Below the pieces are notes generated by a model. That model was given only the letters and a program-made list of their open reading frames with translations. It was not told the DNA's origin and ran no database searches. This document shows, one piece after another, positions 26,022 through 36,614 of a DNA stretch of 43,505 bases. The position numbers and the translations under genes were made by a program. Source of the stretch: Acinetobacter phage Aristophanes; sequence record MT783706.1, one strand, 5' to 3'. Positions within the stretch are counted from its first letter, which is position 1; the number at the start of each line of letters is the position of its first letter.

Positions 26022-28814
26022 ATGATTTACGAAGGTACTTACCGATCATTAATTCAAGGGGTATCACAACAGACCCCACAAGAGCGTTTAGATGGTCAGC
26101 TAGGTGCTCAAGTAAATATGTTATCTGACCCTGTGAACGGTTTACGTAGACGTACAGGTACGAAGCTACATGGTAAGTTAAATGTACCGTCAGGTACTAA
26201 GTTCGAGTTAGTACAACTTGGTGGAGAGTACTACATCCAATGTGTAACCCCAGAGGGTCGTTTAGTTATTACACGCTTCTCGGATATGAAGGTTCTACAT
26301 GATTCACAGTACCCGTACTTAGTACATACAAACAAAGGTACTATCCGTAGTACTATTAGCAGAAACCAATCCTTCATTTTGAACACAGAGAAAGTTCCTA
26401 AGAAGGTACTTGAACCTGTAGTACCTGTAGTACCCCTCAACTCTGATGACATCGGTTGGGTGTACTTACAGAGTGGGGGTGTACTAGACTCCGCAGGGCT
26501 TAACGTAACTATTACACGCGCAGGTATGACCACACAGATGGTGTATGTACGTGCACCGAATAGTCAGTGGAAAACTTACGATTCTCTAGCAATTGATATT
26601 TATAACGCACTGGTAGCTAATGCTACTATTAGTGCTAACTTTAATATTACTAGATTAGGCTCGGTGATTGCGCTGAATAATAAAGTAAACGGCGCGGGTA
26701 CAGTAGGTGTGTCGTATACTAAGGTACTGTACAAGGGTGATCCAAGTACAAACACTATCGTAGGCTCTGTATCAGGTACTACGCATACTGTGAGTACCCG
26801 TAAGGATTTACCCCCTAATCTTCCGAGTACATTCAATAAGTACGCACCGTATGTAAGTACAACACGGTACTTGTATGACGCTACACGTAACATCTGGACG
26901 TTGTTTAAGGCGGTAGGTGCTAACCTAGACCCGAAGGGTCATGGTTGGGTACGTATCCTGTCAGGTGCGTTCAGTAAGCAGTACACAGTTAGTATTACTC
27001 AAGGCTCGGCTGCTACATTAACGTACAGTGTAACTACTCACGTATCTACAGCAGCAGAGGCTACACCAGAGTACGTGGCTACAACCTTAGCCTCGAAGAT
27101 GAACGCTGACACAAACTTCACTACTAGATTCTCAGTGTACCGTGATGGTACATCGTTAGCTATTATAGCGAACAGTACTACAGATCAATTAGTTGTTGAA
27201 GTGTCTGGTGGTGATCTGTACCTACAAAGTTCAGGTGCTAGTACAATCCGTAATAAGGATTCTTTACCACCTACATTACCTGAGCTACTAGACGGGTATA
27301 TTCAAGCAGTAGGTGTAAGTAATAACTTAGCGTACTATCAGTACAACCATACTAAACGTGCATGGACTGAGTGTGGTGCTTTTGAAGATCGTTATACTAT
27401 CCAGAACACACCTATGTACTGGTACTTCGATTACGATCAAGGTGGTTTAGTTGTAGACTCTTTAGATATTCAAGGACGTAATGCAGGTGATGATAATAAC
27501 AATCCAGAACCTGCGTTCTTAGGCTTCGGTATTACAGGTATTGGGGCTTATCAGTCTCGATTGATTCTACTGAGTGGTGCATACGTGTGCATGAGTAGAA
27601 GTGCAGACCCTACAGTGTTCATGAGAACTACAGTAGAGGAAGTACTAGATGATGATCCTATCGAGATCAGTGCTACATCTCTGAGTAACGCTCAGTTCGA
27701 GTACGCTATCCCGTTCAACAAGGATTTAGTTCTATTCAGTAATACACAACAAGCAGTAGTACCTGCTAACAGCACTGTAATGACTCCTAAGAACGCTGTA
27801 ATCTATCCGAGTACCCAAACAGAGGTTAGTATGGCTGCGAAGCCTATCGTGGCTGCTAGGAGCTTGTACTACGTGTATCAACGTGGTTTAGATTACTACC
27901 AAGTAGGTGAAGTTATTCCTAACCAGTACACGGACTCGCAGTACAACCCACAGAACTTAACTGACCACTTACCACTGTACGCCACTGGTGTATGTACAGG
28001 TATGGCAGGTTCTAGTACAAACAACATGGTAGTGTTTACTTCTGATACTAACGAAGTACTTGTGAATCAGTTTGTATGGCAAGGTGGTACTCGGAACATT
28101 ATGGGATTCCATAAGTGGGTACTACCTCGTAAAGTACTAGATGCAGCGTTCCTACAAGAGTACAATATCTTCTTCGTTGAAGATACCGATGGTGGCACGT
28201 TGGTACTAACTACGAACACACAGTTGAACCAACTAGGTACTAAGCCTGTTCCGTTCTTGGATATTTATCAGTACGTAGATACCAGTAGTACTGATGGGGG
28301 AAATGTACTACAGTACATTCCAGAAGGGGATTTAGTAGGTGTTATCTACGATGAGATTAATTCTCGACACGCAGAGGTAACTATTGAAGTTCTACCTGAC
28401 GGTACAGTACAGTCTGAGCATCAGGGGGTTATAGCTGTAGGGTTGCGTTATACGAGCCTGTTTACGCTTACACCGCCGTATTTGAAGGATGACAATGGTA
28501 GGGTACTAGCGGGTGTTAAAAGCACCGTACAGAGCTTCCCATTGACGTTTAAGAGTACAGGCGAGTTTAAGTACTCAGTACATGACTTCACAGGTGCAGT
28601 CAGTACAGTTCGTACATCTGCTGCTACGTGGTCAGAAGTGAATCTTGGGTACACATGGATTAATAGTGTTAGTACAACAGTGATTCCTTGTAGAGCTAGG
28701 TTAGATAGTCTTACTTGTACTATCCAAACAGATAAGACGACCGACTTGAATTTAACTTCAGCAGGGTATGTTCTAAGAACTTCTCGCAAACATCAAACAC
28801 CAAAGGGTAAATAA
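26022..28814 (+). CDS. Tail tubular protein B (T7 gp12-like)
   Basis: 930 aa, by gene order. Confidence 0.6.
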   Translation: MIYEGTYRSLIQGVSQQTPQERLDGQLGAQVNMLSDPVNGLRRRTGTKLHGKLNVPSGTKFELVQLGGEYYIQCVTPEGRLVITRFSDMKVLHDSQYPYLVHTNKGTIRSTISRNQSFILNTEKVPKKVLEPVVPVVPLNSDDIGWVYLQSGGVLDSAGLNVTITRAGMTTQMVYVRAPNSQWKTYDSLAIDIYNALVANATISANFNITRLGSVIALNNKVNGAGTVGVSYTKVLYKGDPSTNTIVGSVSGTTHTVSTRKDLPPNLPSTFNKYAPYVSTTRYLYDATRNIWTLFKAVGANLDPKGHGWVRILSGAFSKQYTVSITQGSAATLTYSVTTHVSTAAEATPEYVATTLASKMNADTNFTTRFSVYRDGTSLAIIANSTTDQLVVEVSGGDLYLQSSGASTIRNKDSLPPTLPELLDGYIQAVGVSNNLAYYQYNHTKRAWTECGAFEDRYTIQNTPMYWYFDYDQGGLVVDSLDIQGRNAGDDNNNPEPAFLGFGITGIGAYQSRLILLSGAYVCMSRSADPTVFMRTTVEEVLDDDPIEISATSLSNAQFEYAIPFNKDLVLFSNTQQAVVPANSTVMTPKNAVIYPSTQTEVSMAAKPIVAARSLYYVYQRGLDYYQVGEVIPNQYTDSQYNPQNLTDHLPLYATGVCTGMAGSSTNNMVVFTSDTNEVLVNQFVWQGGTRNIMGFHKWVLPRKVLDAAFLQEYNIFFVEDTDGGTLVLTTNTQLNQLGTKPVPFLDIYQYVDTSSTDGGNVLQYIPEGDLVGVIYDEINSRHAEVTIEVLPDGTVQSEHQGVIAVGLRYTSLFTLTPPYLKDDNGRVLAGVKSTVQSFPLTFKSTGEFKYSVHDFTGAVSTVRTSAATWSEVNLGYTWINSVSTTVIPCRARLDSLTCTIQTDKTTDLNLTSAGYVLRTSRKHQTPKGK

Positions 28815-29516
28815 ATGGGTAATTTAAATAATGCCACCTCAGGTGCTATGCAGGGTGCTCAGATGGGTGGCTCTGTCGGAGGACCGTGGGGTGCAGCGAT
28901 TGGTGCGGTTATTGGTGGTGTTTTTGGTTACAACACTGCCGATCCTGTACAGGAAGCTCTGAAGGCTCAAAAGAAGTACAACGACCTTGTAATTACCAAT
29001 ACAGTCACGGACTTATTTAATACACAACGTAATCAACAAGTAGAACGTATGCGTACTGCTAGGGCTTTACAGTCCTATCAAGCACAAGGTAAAACTCAGA
29101 TCAGTACAGTACGTGCTGGTTACGGTGCAGCAGATTTAATCGGGGCTAGTGCACAAGCACTGGCTCAAGCTATTGACTACCAGACTACACAAGCACTAGA
29201 AGGTGTAGCTTTGAATCACCAAATTCTATACGATAACTACTTAACAAGTATAGATCAAATTGTTAATCGTGGAGATAACCAGATTCAACGTGAGATCAAG
29301 GCATCATACTTACACAACAACTTCGATATTAAATCTATGATTGATGTAGGTAAGAGTATGAAGGGTATGTTCTCCAAGTCTAGTGGTGGTAATTCTGGAG
29401 GTACTGTGGGTATAGGTTCAGGTGGTGGATACAGTACTACTGTGGATTACGGTTCTTTATTTAATAATTCTAGTTATTTTAATTGGGGTGGTGGTGGATC
29501 ACTCGGTATTTCGTGA
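28815..29516 (+). CDS. Internal virion protein (Gly-rich, with a glycine-zipper hydrophobic N-terminus)
   Basis: 'GGPWGAAIGAVIGGVFGY' and a G-rich C-terminus. Its position matches T7 gp13/gp14. Confidence 0.5.
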   Translation: MGNLNNATSGAMQGAQMGGSVGGPWGAAIGAVIGGVFGYNTADPVQEALKAQKKYNDLVITNTVTDLFNTQRNQQVERMRTARALQSYQAQGKTQISTVRAGYGAADLIGASAQALAQAIDYQTTQALEGVALNHQILYDNYLTSIDQIVNRGDNQIQREIKASYLHNNFDIKSMIDVGKSMKGMFSKSSGGNSGGTVGIGSGGGYSTTVDYGSLFNNSSYFNWGGGGSLGIS

Positions 29517-29526
29517 GGATTGATAT

Positions 29527-32418
29527 ATGGCTACTATCGTACAACAGCCTGAGTTAGGGCAGGTACAACTGAGCAACTTACAAGCTGTAATGCACACCCC
29601 ACAAACAGATTTAAATATGTCTGACTTCGCTATGAAGTTGCTGGGGGCTGGTCAGAAGTACCTAAAGGATTATGATGAGGAGAACAAGGCTCGCCTCGTA
29701 GCCTTAGGTATGACTGACTACATGAATAAGACACAACGTGAAGTTGGTTTATTAGATCGGAAGTACTACGGACAAGGGCGAGATATTCAGAATATCACAG
29801 AACGCCGTCTGGAACGACAACAGGTATTTACTGCTGAAGTACAACGCTTAGCAAACGACCCAACGACAACACCAGAACAATTAGATGAGTTAGGTCAAGA
29901 ATACCAACGTGCTAACGTAGATGATATTTATGCTGCTACAGCGTTGGATACGGATTACAAAGAGAAGCTGTATGAGCAGGTACTAAAAGAAGATTCTGTG
30001 TACATGCAGGTTATCAATAAAACAATTAAAAAAGTAAACGCAGATAGGTACACGAGAACTAAACTAAACGTTGGTGGTTCGCTATATAATGATATTTTGA
30101 ACCTACCGATGGATGCAGAAGATACTACTGTATATTTAGGTGCTAAGTTTACGAGCTTAGTAGAGCAAGCTCAGAAACTCAATGACCTCAGTTTAGAGGA
30201 TGCTGTGAAGGATGTACAACCAGTCTTTGCAGGGACAATTCAGACGCTGCTAGGTCAGTTAGATGAAACAGCACCTAATACACCAGAAGTGCTGCGGAAG
30301 ATCAATACAGCAACTCAGGTGATGATGAGTAATGGTTATATTGATCTAGCTAGTCCCATCATTAAAGACCTACGTGAAGTTACTGATCGAGTGTATAAGT
30401 ACAACGGTATTCAGGCTTCGTTAGAACAGGGGCAATATCACCATACAGTTGAGATGGGTGAGCAAACGTATGATATTGAAACTGTACGTGGTCGTGTTGC
30501 TAAGATTAGCTCTAATCCGAACTTAACACCTGAAGATAAGGCTAAATTAATTAAGGCTGAATGGGACTTCGCTGAAGCACAGAACAAGGCTGCTATGGAT
30601 GGTAAGTTCGCTAAAGACCCTCAGTATATATTAGGTTATGGTAGTGCTGCTGAATACGTAGCAGCTAACTATGGTGTAGAAGGTGTAAGTGAGGACTTAT
30701 GGTACAAGACAGTCATAGCAGCAGCAGAACAACAAGCTAACTACGACCCTATGGTAGCAGGTCTGAACTTATTAGACTTCGCTCAGAACAAAGCAGATCG
30801 TTATGATGCTAAGTTATATTCTGAAGGCGGTAAACGTCTAGCAAGCGGTTTTAGAACCTTTGCTACAAACTCGGATGCTCAAGCTAAGGCTAGTCCTCAG
30901 TATAAAGCAGCAGAACAGCAGTTTAATACAGTTGGTAATTTGTACCGTCAATGGACTTCCTCTGATGTAAATGCAGCTAGAGCAGATGCAGTCTTATCAG
31001 GTATCGAAGATGATGACCTACGTTACGCCTTACAGGACGTATGGCAATCAGGCGGTACTATGTCCGACTTACGTGAGAAACTACAGAATCCTGTACAAGC
31101 CCAAGTGCGTAGACAGAACTTCGATAAAGCATGGGATAAACTTGATATAAAAAGTGCTGATCTAAAGCGAACACCGTTTCATAACTCCGCAGGTAAGTTG
31201 CTTTCTAAGATGGAAACTAAGAGTAAGGAATACCAACTGAACCTAGCTAAAGAGGTTATTAAAGAAGCTCAGTCACGCTTTAACAGTAGAACGGTTACAG
31301 ATAACCCAGAGGCACTGTATCAAATGGCTCGGCAAGACGGTTTAATACTGCGTAGTAAATACAGCGATATTATGTTGGGGCGTAGTACTAACGATGCTTT
31401 TAAACAGAGTAGGATTACCACTACAAAAGGTGTACCTCTAAGTAGACAGCTATTTGCTGAGGTGATAGATGGTAAACGTGAGCTTATCAGTGCGAAGCTG
31501 AAGATTAGTCCTGAGAACGTACTCGTAGAGTTAGGTGTTAATGGTGATGCTTATTTCTATGCTATTAAAGATGGGCAAGTTCAGAACTTCTCTGGTATCG
31601 CAGGTATGGAAGGTACACGCTACCGTAATACTGAATGGAAGGCTGATATGGAGAAAACATATTACGCACGTTCAGCAGCAGGTACTAAGAGTAAATACGG
31701 TGACATGGTTGTCCAAAGTGGTGCGCCTCTGTACACATCTAAGCAACGTATTAAAATACATGGTAAAGATGGTAGAGTGTACTATGAGAGCCATAAGATA
31801 CCTGTAGACCTAGCTGTAGGTTTTGGCGGTAACATTGAACTTGCGCGGGTAGTAGTTAATCAGTGGTTAGAGCCTGAAGGTTTCTCTTTGTATAAGACTT
31901 ATGCAAAGGGTATACAAGGTCACTCTAGCGGTTATGTCTACGGTTATGGTGCACGTACAGACAAGCACACTGACGCAGAGGGGCGAGCTTTAATGAAACG
32001 ATTTGAAGCTGCACAAGGTAACGTAGATGCTATGATGGTAGTACAAGGTGATTTCAACAAGTACTACTTCAAGAAGTTCAATGCCCCTAAATATATTCGA
32101 GAAGCTAACTTACCAGTACCTACCAGTAGACCTTTACCTCAGGCTGCTGTAGTCCCTTTAGCTGCTTTATATGATGCTATTTGGCATGGTGGTGGGGGTG
32201 TACGTCAAGGGTCTAATGGTAAAGGTGGTACAGGTGGTGCGGTAATGGTCCAAGCGTACAATGCACCTAGTACAACAGAAGGTCTACGTATCTTCATGAA
32301 TAGTCATTTGTACTTCAAGAACGCTGTAGTTGGTACACCTGCTTATAAGCGTAATGAATTTAACTTGAACGCTATTAAGTACTACCATGAACTATATAAA
32401 CCGACAATTCGTAAATAG
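29527..32418 (+). CDS. Internal virion/core protein (T7 gp15-like)
   Basis: 963 aa, by gene order. Confidence 0.55.
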   Translation: MATIVQQPELGQVQLSNLQAVMHTPQTDLNMSDFAMKLLGAGQKYLKDYDEENKARLVALGMTDYMNKTQREVGLLDRKYYGQGRDIQNITERRLERQQVFTAEVQRLANDPTTTPEQLDELGQEYQRANVDDIYAATALDTDYKEKLYEQVLKEDSVYMQVINKTIKKVNADRYTRTKLNVGGSLYNDILNLPMDAEDTTVYLGAKFTSLVEQAQKLNDLSLEDAVKDVQPVFAGTIQTLLGQLDETAPNTPEVLRKINTATQVMMSNGYIDLASPIIKDLREVTDRVYKYNGIQASLEQGQYHHTVEMGEQTYDIETVRGRVAKISSNPNLTPEDKAKLIKAEWDFAEAQNKAAMDGKFAKDPQYILGYGSAAEYVAANYGVEGVSEDLWYKTVIAAAEQQANYDPMVAGLNLLDFAQNKADRYDAKLYSEGGKRLASGFRTFATNSDAQAKASPQYKAAEQQFNTVGNLYRQWTSSDVNAARADAVLSGIEDDDLRYALQDVWQSGGTMSDLREKLQNPVQAQVRRQNFDKAWDKLDIKSADLKRTPFHNSAGKLLSKMETKSKEYQLNLAKEVIKEAQSRFNSRTVTDNPEALYQMARQDGLILRSKYSDIMLGRSTNDAFKQSRITTTKGVPLSRQLFAEVIDGKRELISAKLKISPENVLVELGVNGDAYFYAIKDGQVQNFSGIAGMEGTRYRNTEWKADMEKTYYARSAAGTKSKYGDMVVQSGAPLYTSKQRIKIHGKDGRVYYESHKIPVDLAVGFGGNIELARVVVNQWLEPEGFSLYKTYAKGIQGHSSGYVYGYGARTDKHTDAEGRALMKRFEAAQGNVDAMMVVQGDFNKYYFKKFNAPKYIREANLPVPTSRPLPQAAVVPLAALYDAIWHGGGGVRQGSNGKGGTGGAVMVQAYNAPSTTEGLRIFMNSHLYFKNAVVGTPAYKRNEFNLNAIKYYHELYKPTIRK

Positions 32419-32428
32419 GAGATAAACT

Positions 32429-35400
32429 GTGGCAGAGCAGCCTAATGTAAATACAGTGCAACCTACAGATACTACATCTAAGCCTGTGTTCTATAGTATC
32501 CCAGATACAGCTAAGGCTGTTCAACCTGTAGTATACGAACCTAAACAGCCTACAGGGGGTACTACATCCCTTGTAGGGTTATTACCAACAGAGGTAGGGG
32601 AGGCTAACAATGAGTTAGCCCCTACTGCTACAGATTTAAATAACAACAGAGCAGAACCTGAAGAACCTCCTGCGTTGGAAGTTTTCAAAGAGAACTTAGC
32701 ACCTACTATGACTGCTATGATTGAGAACTATGTAGATTCTCAAGTCTTTGAACGTGATCTGTCTTATGACCCGCAAGATGATGCTGATGAGTTCTTTAAG
32801 CTACATGGTCAAGGTGATCCCTATGAGATCAATGTACTAGGTAGTGCTATTAGCCGACCTGATATGTTGAATAAGCAAGATCGCTTACTACGTAGACGGG
32901 AACAACAGGAACGTGCTGCACAACGTCCTGTACCTGCAATACTCGGTTCTATGATTGACATTGATATGGCACTAGGTGGTATAGGTGGTTTTGCTACTAA
33001 AGCTGGTACAGGTGCTAGAATCCTTGAGCGTATAGGTCAAGGTGCTGTGGCTGGTGCAGGTATCTACATGTACAACGAAGCTCATGCAGGTTCAGATATA
33101 CGTACCCCAGATGAAAAGATTTGGGATGTTGTAGGTTTTGGTTTAAGCCGAGCATTAGCTCCTTCAGTTAAAGCAGCACGGCGTACAGAAGCTCTTGATA
33201 ACGCTGTAGACGCAGAGTTAGCCACAGTAAGTGGAGCAGGTACACCTACTAGGAGAACACTCCCACAAGAGCCTGTGTACACCCCTGTACAGACTGGTGT
33301 ACGTACAGAGACTAAAGCTCCTGATCTAGGTTCGCTACAGTACACACCTGTAACGGATACACCTGTATCTATGCGGAAGGTGCTTGATGATGTAACAGCT
33401 AGGACGGCTAATATTGAAGTGGACTCTCCTGAGGCACTTGCAGCTAAGCAGGCACTGGTAGACGACATTATTGATGGTGTAGCAGAGTCTACTAGAGTAC
33501 TGCCAAAAGCAGAGGATACTGTAAGAGGAAGTGTAGCTGCTGTACACGGTTCTAAAGTTAAGAATTTAAAATTTACATCTAATTGGAACGCTACTACTAA
33601 CGCAGAGGATAAGTCTTATTTTGATAATGTGTTCGGGGATGATGTAGTATATATTGCAGAAGATACGGCTTGGACACCTAGATCACCAGAAGAAGCTTCG
33701 GCTATGCGTATGCCGTTCTACGATAACGTGTATGATGTAGATGCTAAATTCAACAAAGCATTTGTCCTGACACCTGATAGTGCCCCTAGATTAGGTGTGC
33801 TAGTAGGTGGTAAGGCTACAGGTGTGGAAGTAGTCTCTAAGTTACGAGCCTTAGGTTACGATGGTTTAATTATCCGTGATATGCCAGATGACTACACTGC
33901 TGTAAGAGCATTATCTAAGATTAGCAGATTAGATGAGGATGTATTACAGAATCAGATAGTAGCTTTTAACCCATCTAACTTAAAAGTGGTGGGTGAGCAT
34001 ACGGGTCGGGAGTTAGCTAGTTCACTACAGAGTACATCTACAACCACAGGTGTAGGTGTTAAAACACAGTACCAAGTACCTAGTACACAAAGTACTACAG
34101 TTCTGAATCCTAAAGGTTATGGTGTACTGCAACAACAGTACGTGCTCCCTAAGAAATTACAGGATGAGTTAGACACTGAGACAGCTAAACTTGCCCAAGA
34201 CTTAACTACAGGGGCTATCAAGACTTCTAATACAGAAGGTTATACCCGTACAGAGTTGCTAAAGAAGAACCTTGTAGTTAATCGTATGACAAGTACTGCT
34301 GATGAATTAGCGTACTACATCGGAGATGACCCAACACACCCAGCATATCATTTACTCGCTAGTGTAACAACCGAAGGTGATAACGTAGCTACTGCACAGG
34401 CTGCTATGATGAACACCTATGGTGCACTATTAGTGAGTACTGAATTAGCCCTACGTGCTGCTATTAAGGAGATTACAGGTGCAGGTCGAGGCTTATTCGG
34501 TAGTATCAATGGGTCATACCAAGAGAACGCTCTGAGAGTCTTTAAGGATTTCCAGAGAGGTATGCAAATACTAGACAGTAAGGTTGTAGCCTTTGAAGGT
34601 AAACATAGTAGGCTACCTAATGATAAAGAGTTAGGTACAATGCTTAGTACACTAAATATCACTGGCGATGCTAATGCTGACGTAGCCCTTAAAAAGGTTA
34701 TGGAGACTTACATGAAGTCGGGCTTTGCCGAGCGTATCTACGATGATGCGAAGCTACTAGGTACATTCGGAGAGGATGCTGATAAGATTCTACGTAGACC
34801 TTCGTATATGCCCGTTAAACACAACTACGATGCTATGAAGAAACTTGTAGACGATGGTAAGGCTACTTGGGAGGAAATTGAGGCTTTCGTAGGTTCACAG
34901 ATTGTACGTATGTACCCGAAGTTACTTGATCCTAAATACGCTAAAGCAGGACGCTCTTTTGCAGACGTAGTTAAAGGTGCAGAGACAGCTATCACTAACC
35001 CTTTCAAGTTATCTGTTAGACAAGTAGGGCAGCACTTCATTGCTACGCAGCGTGGTAATGCTCATAATCTAGGGGATGTTACTTCCGTAGGTATGAATAA
35101 GACTACTATGCACACTATGCTTACTAAAGCAGGTTTAAGTGCAGATGATGCTACTGTAGTGGTTGCTAAAGTCTTTGAGGATCAACAGGAGGTAGGTAAG
35201 AGTGTGTACAAACATGGACGTAGACGTATTGCTTGGGATTGGGAGGACTTCTTAGACACTAAATCAGGCTACCGTATTACTATGGCGGATATTGTAGATA
35301 ACAGTGCTATGAGTAATTTAGATGCGTACTCTCGTGGTATGGCTCATCGTAATGGTCTAGCAAGATACAACATCAAGTCTGAAGCAGAGTTAGATACTAT

Positions 35401-36613
35401 CCTAGAATCTATCTACGATAAAGTACCTAAAGGTGTGGATACTAGGGAGCTACGAACATTCCTTAGTAGTGTTAAAGACGATTTACTAGGTAATGGTGCA
35501 GGTTCAGAAGTACCTAAGAGTATCCGTGCTGCACAAGCTATTGCTGATATGTTTTTACTTGCAGGTTCAGGTTTACTCTCGCTGGTCGATCTAACTACAC
35601 AAGTAGTCCGTACAGGTGTTATTAAGAACTTCTCTAATATACACTATGGTTTAAGAGCAGCGTTACTACCTATGCATAAATTCACTAAGGAGGAAGCTAC
35701 AGACTTAGCAGATATTATGACAGGTAGACTTATGCAAGGTTCACGTTGGAAATGGTTTCCTACGCACTACACAGATAATTACCAAATAACAGGTGGTGTC
35801 TACGAGGCAGCACAGTACTACGGGCAGAGTGCTAGATTCATGAACTTATCGGAATCTGTTAAACGATTCCAGATTGGTATCTTAGCTAATATGTACATTA
35901 GTGCTACTAAGAAAGCTGCTGCTGGTTCAGCCTCTGACATTGCGTTCTTGAGTAAGAAATTAAATATGTCAGATGAGTTAATCAAGAAGGTTATTGCTGA
36001 GTGGAATACTCATGGTAATAAGATTGATAACTGGAATGGCGATGTACGTATTGCTTATGAACAGAAGATCATGCACGAAGCAGATAACTTAGCCTTAACT
36101 ATTCAGAAGGGCGAGACACCTGCTATCTTAGAGTACAGTTCTGTAGGTAAGGTTATCTTTCCTTACATGCGTTATGCTTTCGCTGCACAGCAGAAGATTC
36201 TACGTAGAACGTACAACCGTGATGGTTCTGTAGGGTTAGCGTTGCTTATGGCAGCACAGATTCCTGTAGCTACAATGGTAGCTATGGCACAGAATATTCG
36301 TAATGGTAAAGAACCTGATGAGGATTTAGTGGTTGGTACTGTACGTGCTATGAGTGCTCTAGGTGTACTGAACTACCCGTTAGAGTTAATTATGGCTGGT
36401 TTAGGTCAGAACTCTGTAACAGCTTTAGCTCCGTTCAGTAAGTCTTATAACCTAATCGGACAGTTCTTTAACTCCTCAGGTAAACTTTTAGATGGGGATT
36501 ACGAGGTAGAGTTCGCAGATGAAGTAGATTGGTATCAAGTTCTAAAGAACTCTCCACTGAACGCTGCAACACCTTTACACTATTTATATTTAGGGTTTAA
36601 CCCAGAGGATTGA
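32429..36613 (+). CDS. Large internal virion/ejection protein (T7 gp16-like)
   Basis: 1394 aa with a GTG start preceded by AGGAG. It is the largest gene, upstream of the tail fibre. Confidence 0.6.
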   Translation: MAEQPNVNTVQPTDTTSKPVFYSIPDTAKAVQPVVYEPKQPTGGTTSLVGLLPTEVGEANNELAPTATDLNNNRAEPEEPPALEVFKENLAPTMTAMIENYVDSQVFERDLSYDPQDDADEFFKLHGQGDPYEINVLGSAISRPDMLNKQDRLLRRREQQERAAQRPVPAILGSMIDIDMALGGIGGFATKAGTGARILERIGQGAVAGAGIYMYNEAHAGSDIRTPDEKIWDVVGFGLSRALAPSVKAARRTEALDNAVDAELATVSGAGTPTRRTLPQEPVYTPVQTGVRTETKAPDLGSLQYTPVTDTPVSMRKVLDDVTARTANIEVDSPEALAAKQALVDDIIDGVAESTRVLPKAEDTVRGSVAAVHGSKVKNLKFTSNWNATTNAEDKSYFDNVFGDDVVYIAEDTAWTPRSPEEASAMRMPFYDNVYDVDAKFNKAFVLTPDSAPRLGVLVGGKATGVEVVSKLRALGYDGLIIRDMPDDYTAVRALSKISRLDEDVLQNQIVAFNPSNLKVVGEHTGRELASSLQSTSTTTGVGVKTQYQVPSTQSTTVLNPKGYGVLQQQYVLPKKLQDELDTETAKLAQDLTTGAIKTSNTEGYTRTELLKKNLVVNRMTSTADELAYYIGDDPTHPAYHLLASVTTEGDNVATAQAAMMNTYGALLVSTELALRAAIKEITGAGRGLFGSINGSYQENALRVFKDFQRGMQILDSKVVAFEGKHSRLPNDKELGTMLSTLNITGDANADVALKKVMETYMKSGFAERIYDDAKLLGTFGEDADKILRRPSYMPVKHNYDAMKKLVDDGKATWEEIEAFVGSQIVRMYPKLLDPKYAKAGRSFADVVKGAETAITNPFKLSVRQVGQHFIATQRGNAHNLGDVTSVGMNKTTMHTMLTKAGLSADDATVVVAKVFEDQQEVGKSVYKHGRRRIAWDWEDFLDTKSGYRITMADIVDNSAMSNLDAYSRGMAHRNGLARYNIKSEAELDTILESIYDKVPKGVDTRELRTFLSSVKDDLLGNGAGSEVPKSIRAAQAIADMFLLAGSGLLSLVDLTTQVVRTGVIKNFSNIHYGLRAALLPMHKFTKEEATDLADIMTGRLMQGSRWKWFPTHYTDNYQITGGVYEAAQYYGQSARFMNLSESVKRFQIGILANMYISATKKAAAGSASDIAFLSKKLNMSDELIKKVIAEWNTHGNKIDNWNGDVRIAYEQKIMHEADNLALTIQKGETPAILEYSSVGKVIFPYMRYAFAAQQKILRRTYNRDGSVGLALLMAAQIPVATMVAMAQNIRNGKEPDEDLVVGTVRAMSALGVLNYPLELIMAGLGQNSVTALAPFSKSYNLIGQFFNSSGKLLDGDYEVEFADEVDWYQVLKNSPLNAATPLHYLYLGFNPED

Positions 36614-36614
36614 T

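Noticed and set aside
33705-33720. Partial match to the promoter core ('tatgcgtatg') inside the gp16-like gene
   Set aside because: Only 8 nt are shared and the flanking 'ttttaataatc' is absent, so this is consistent with chance.
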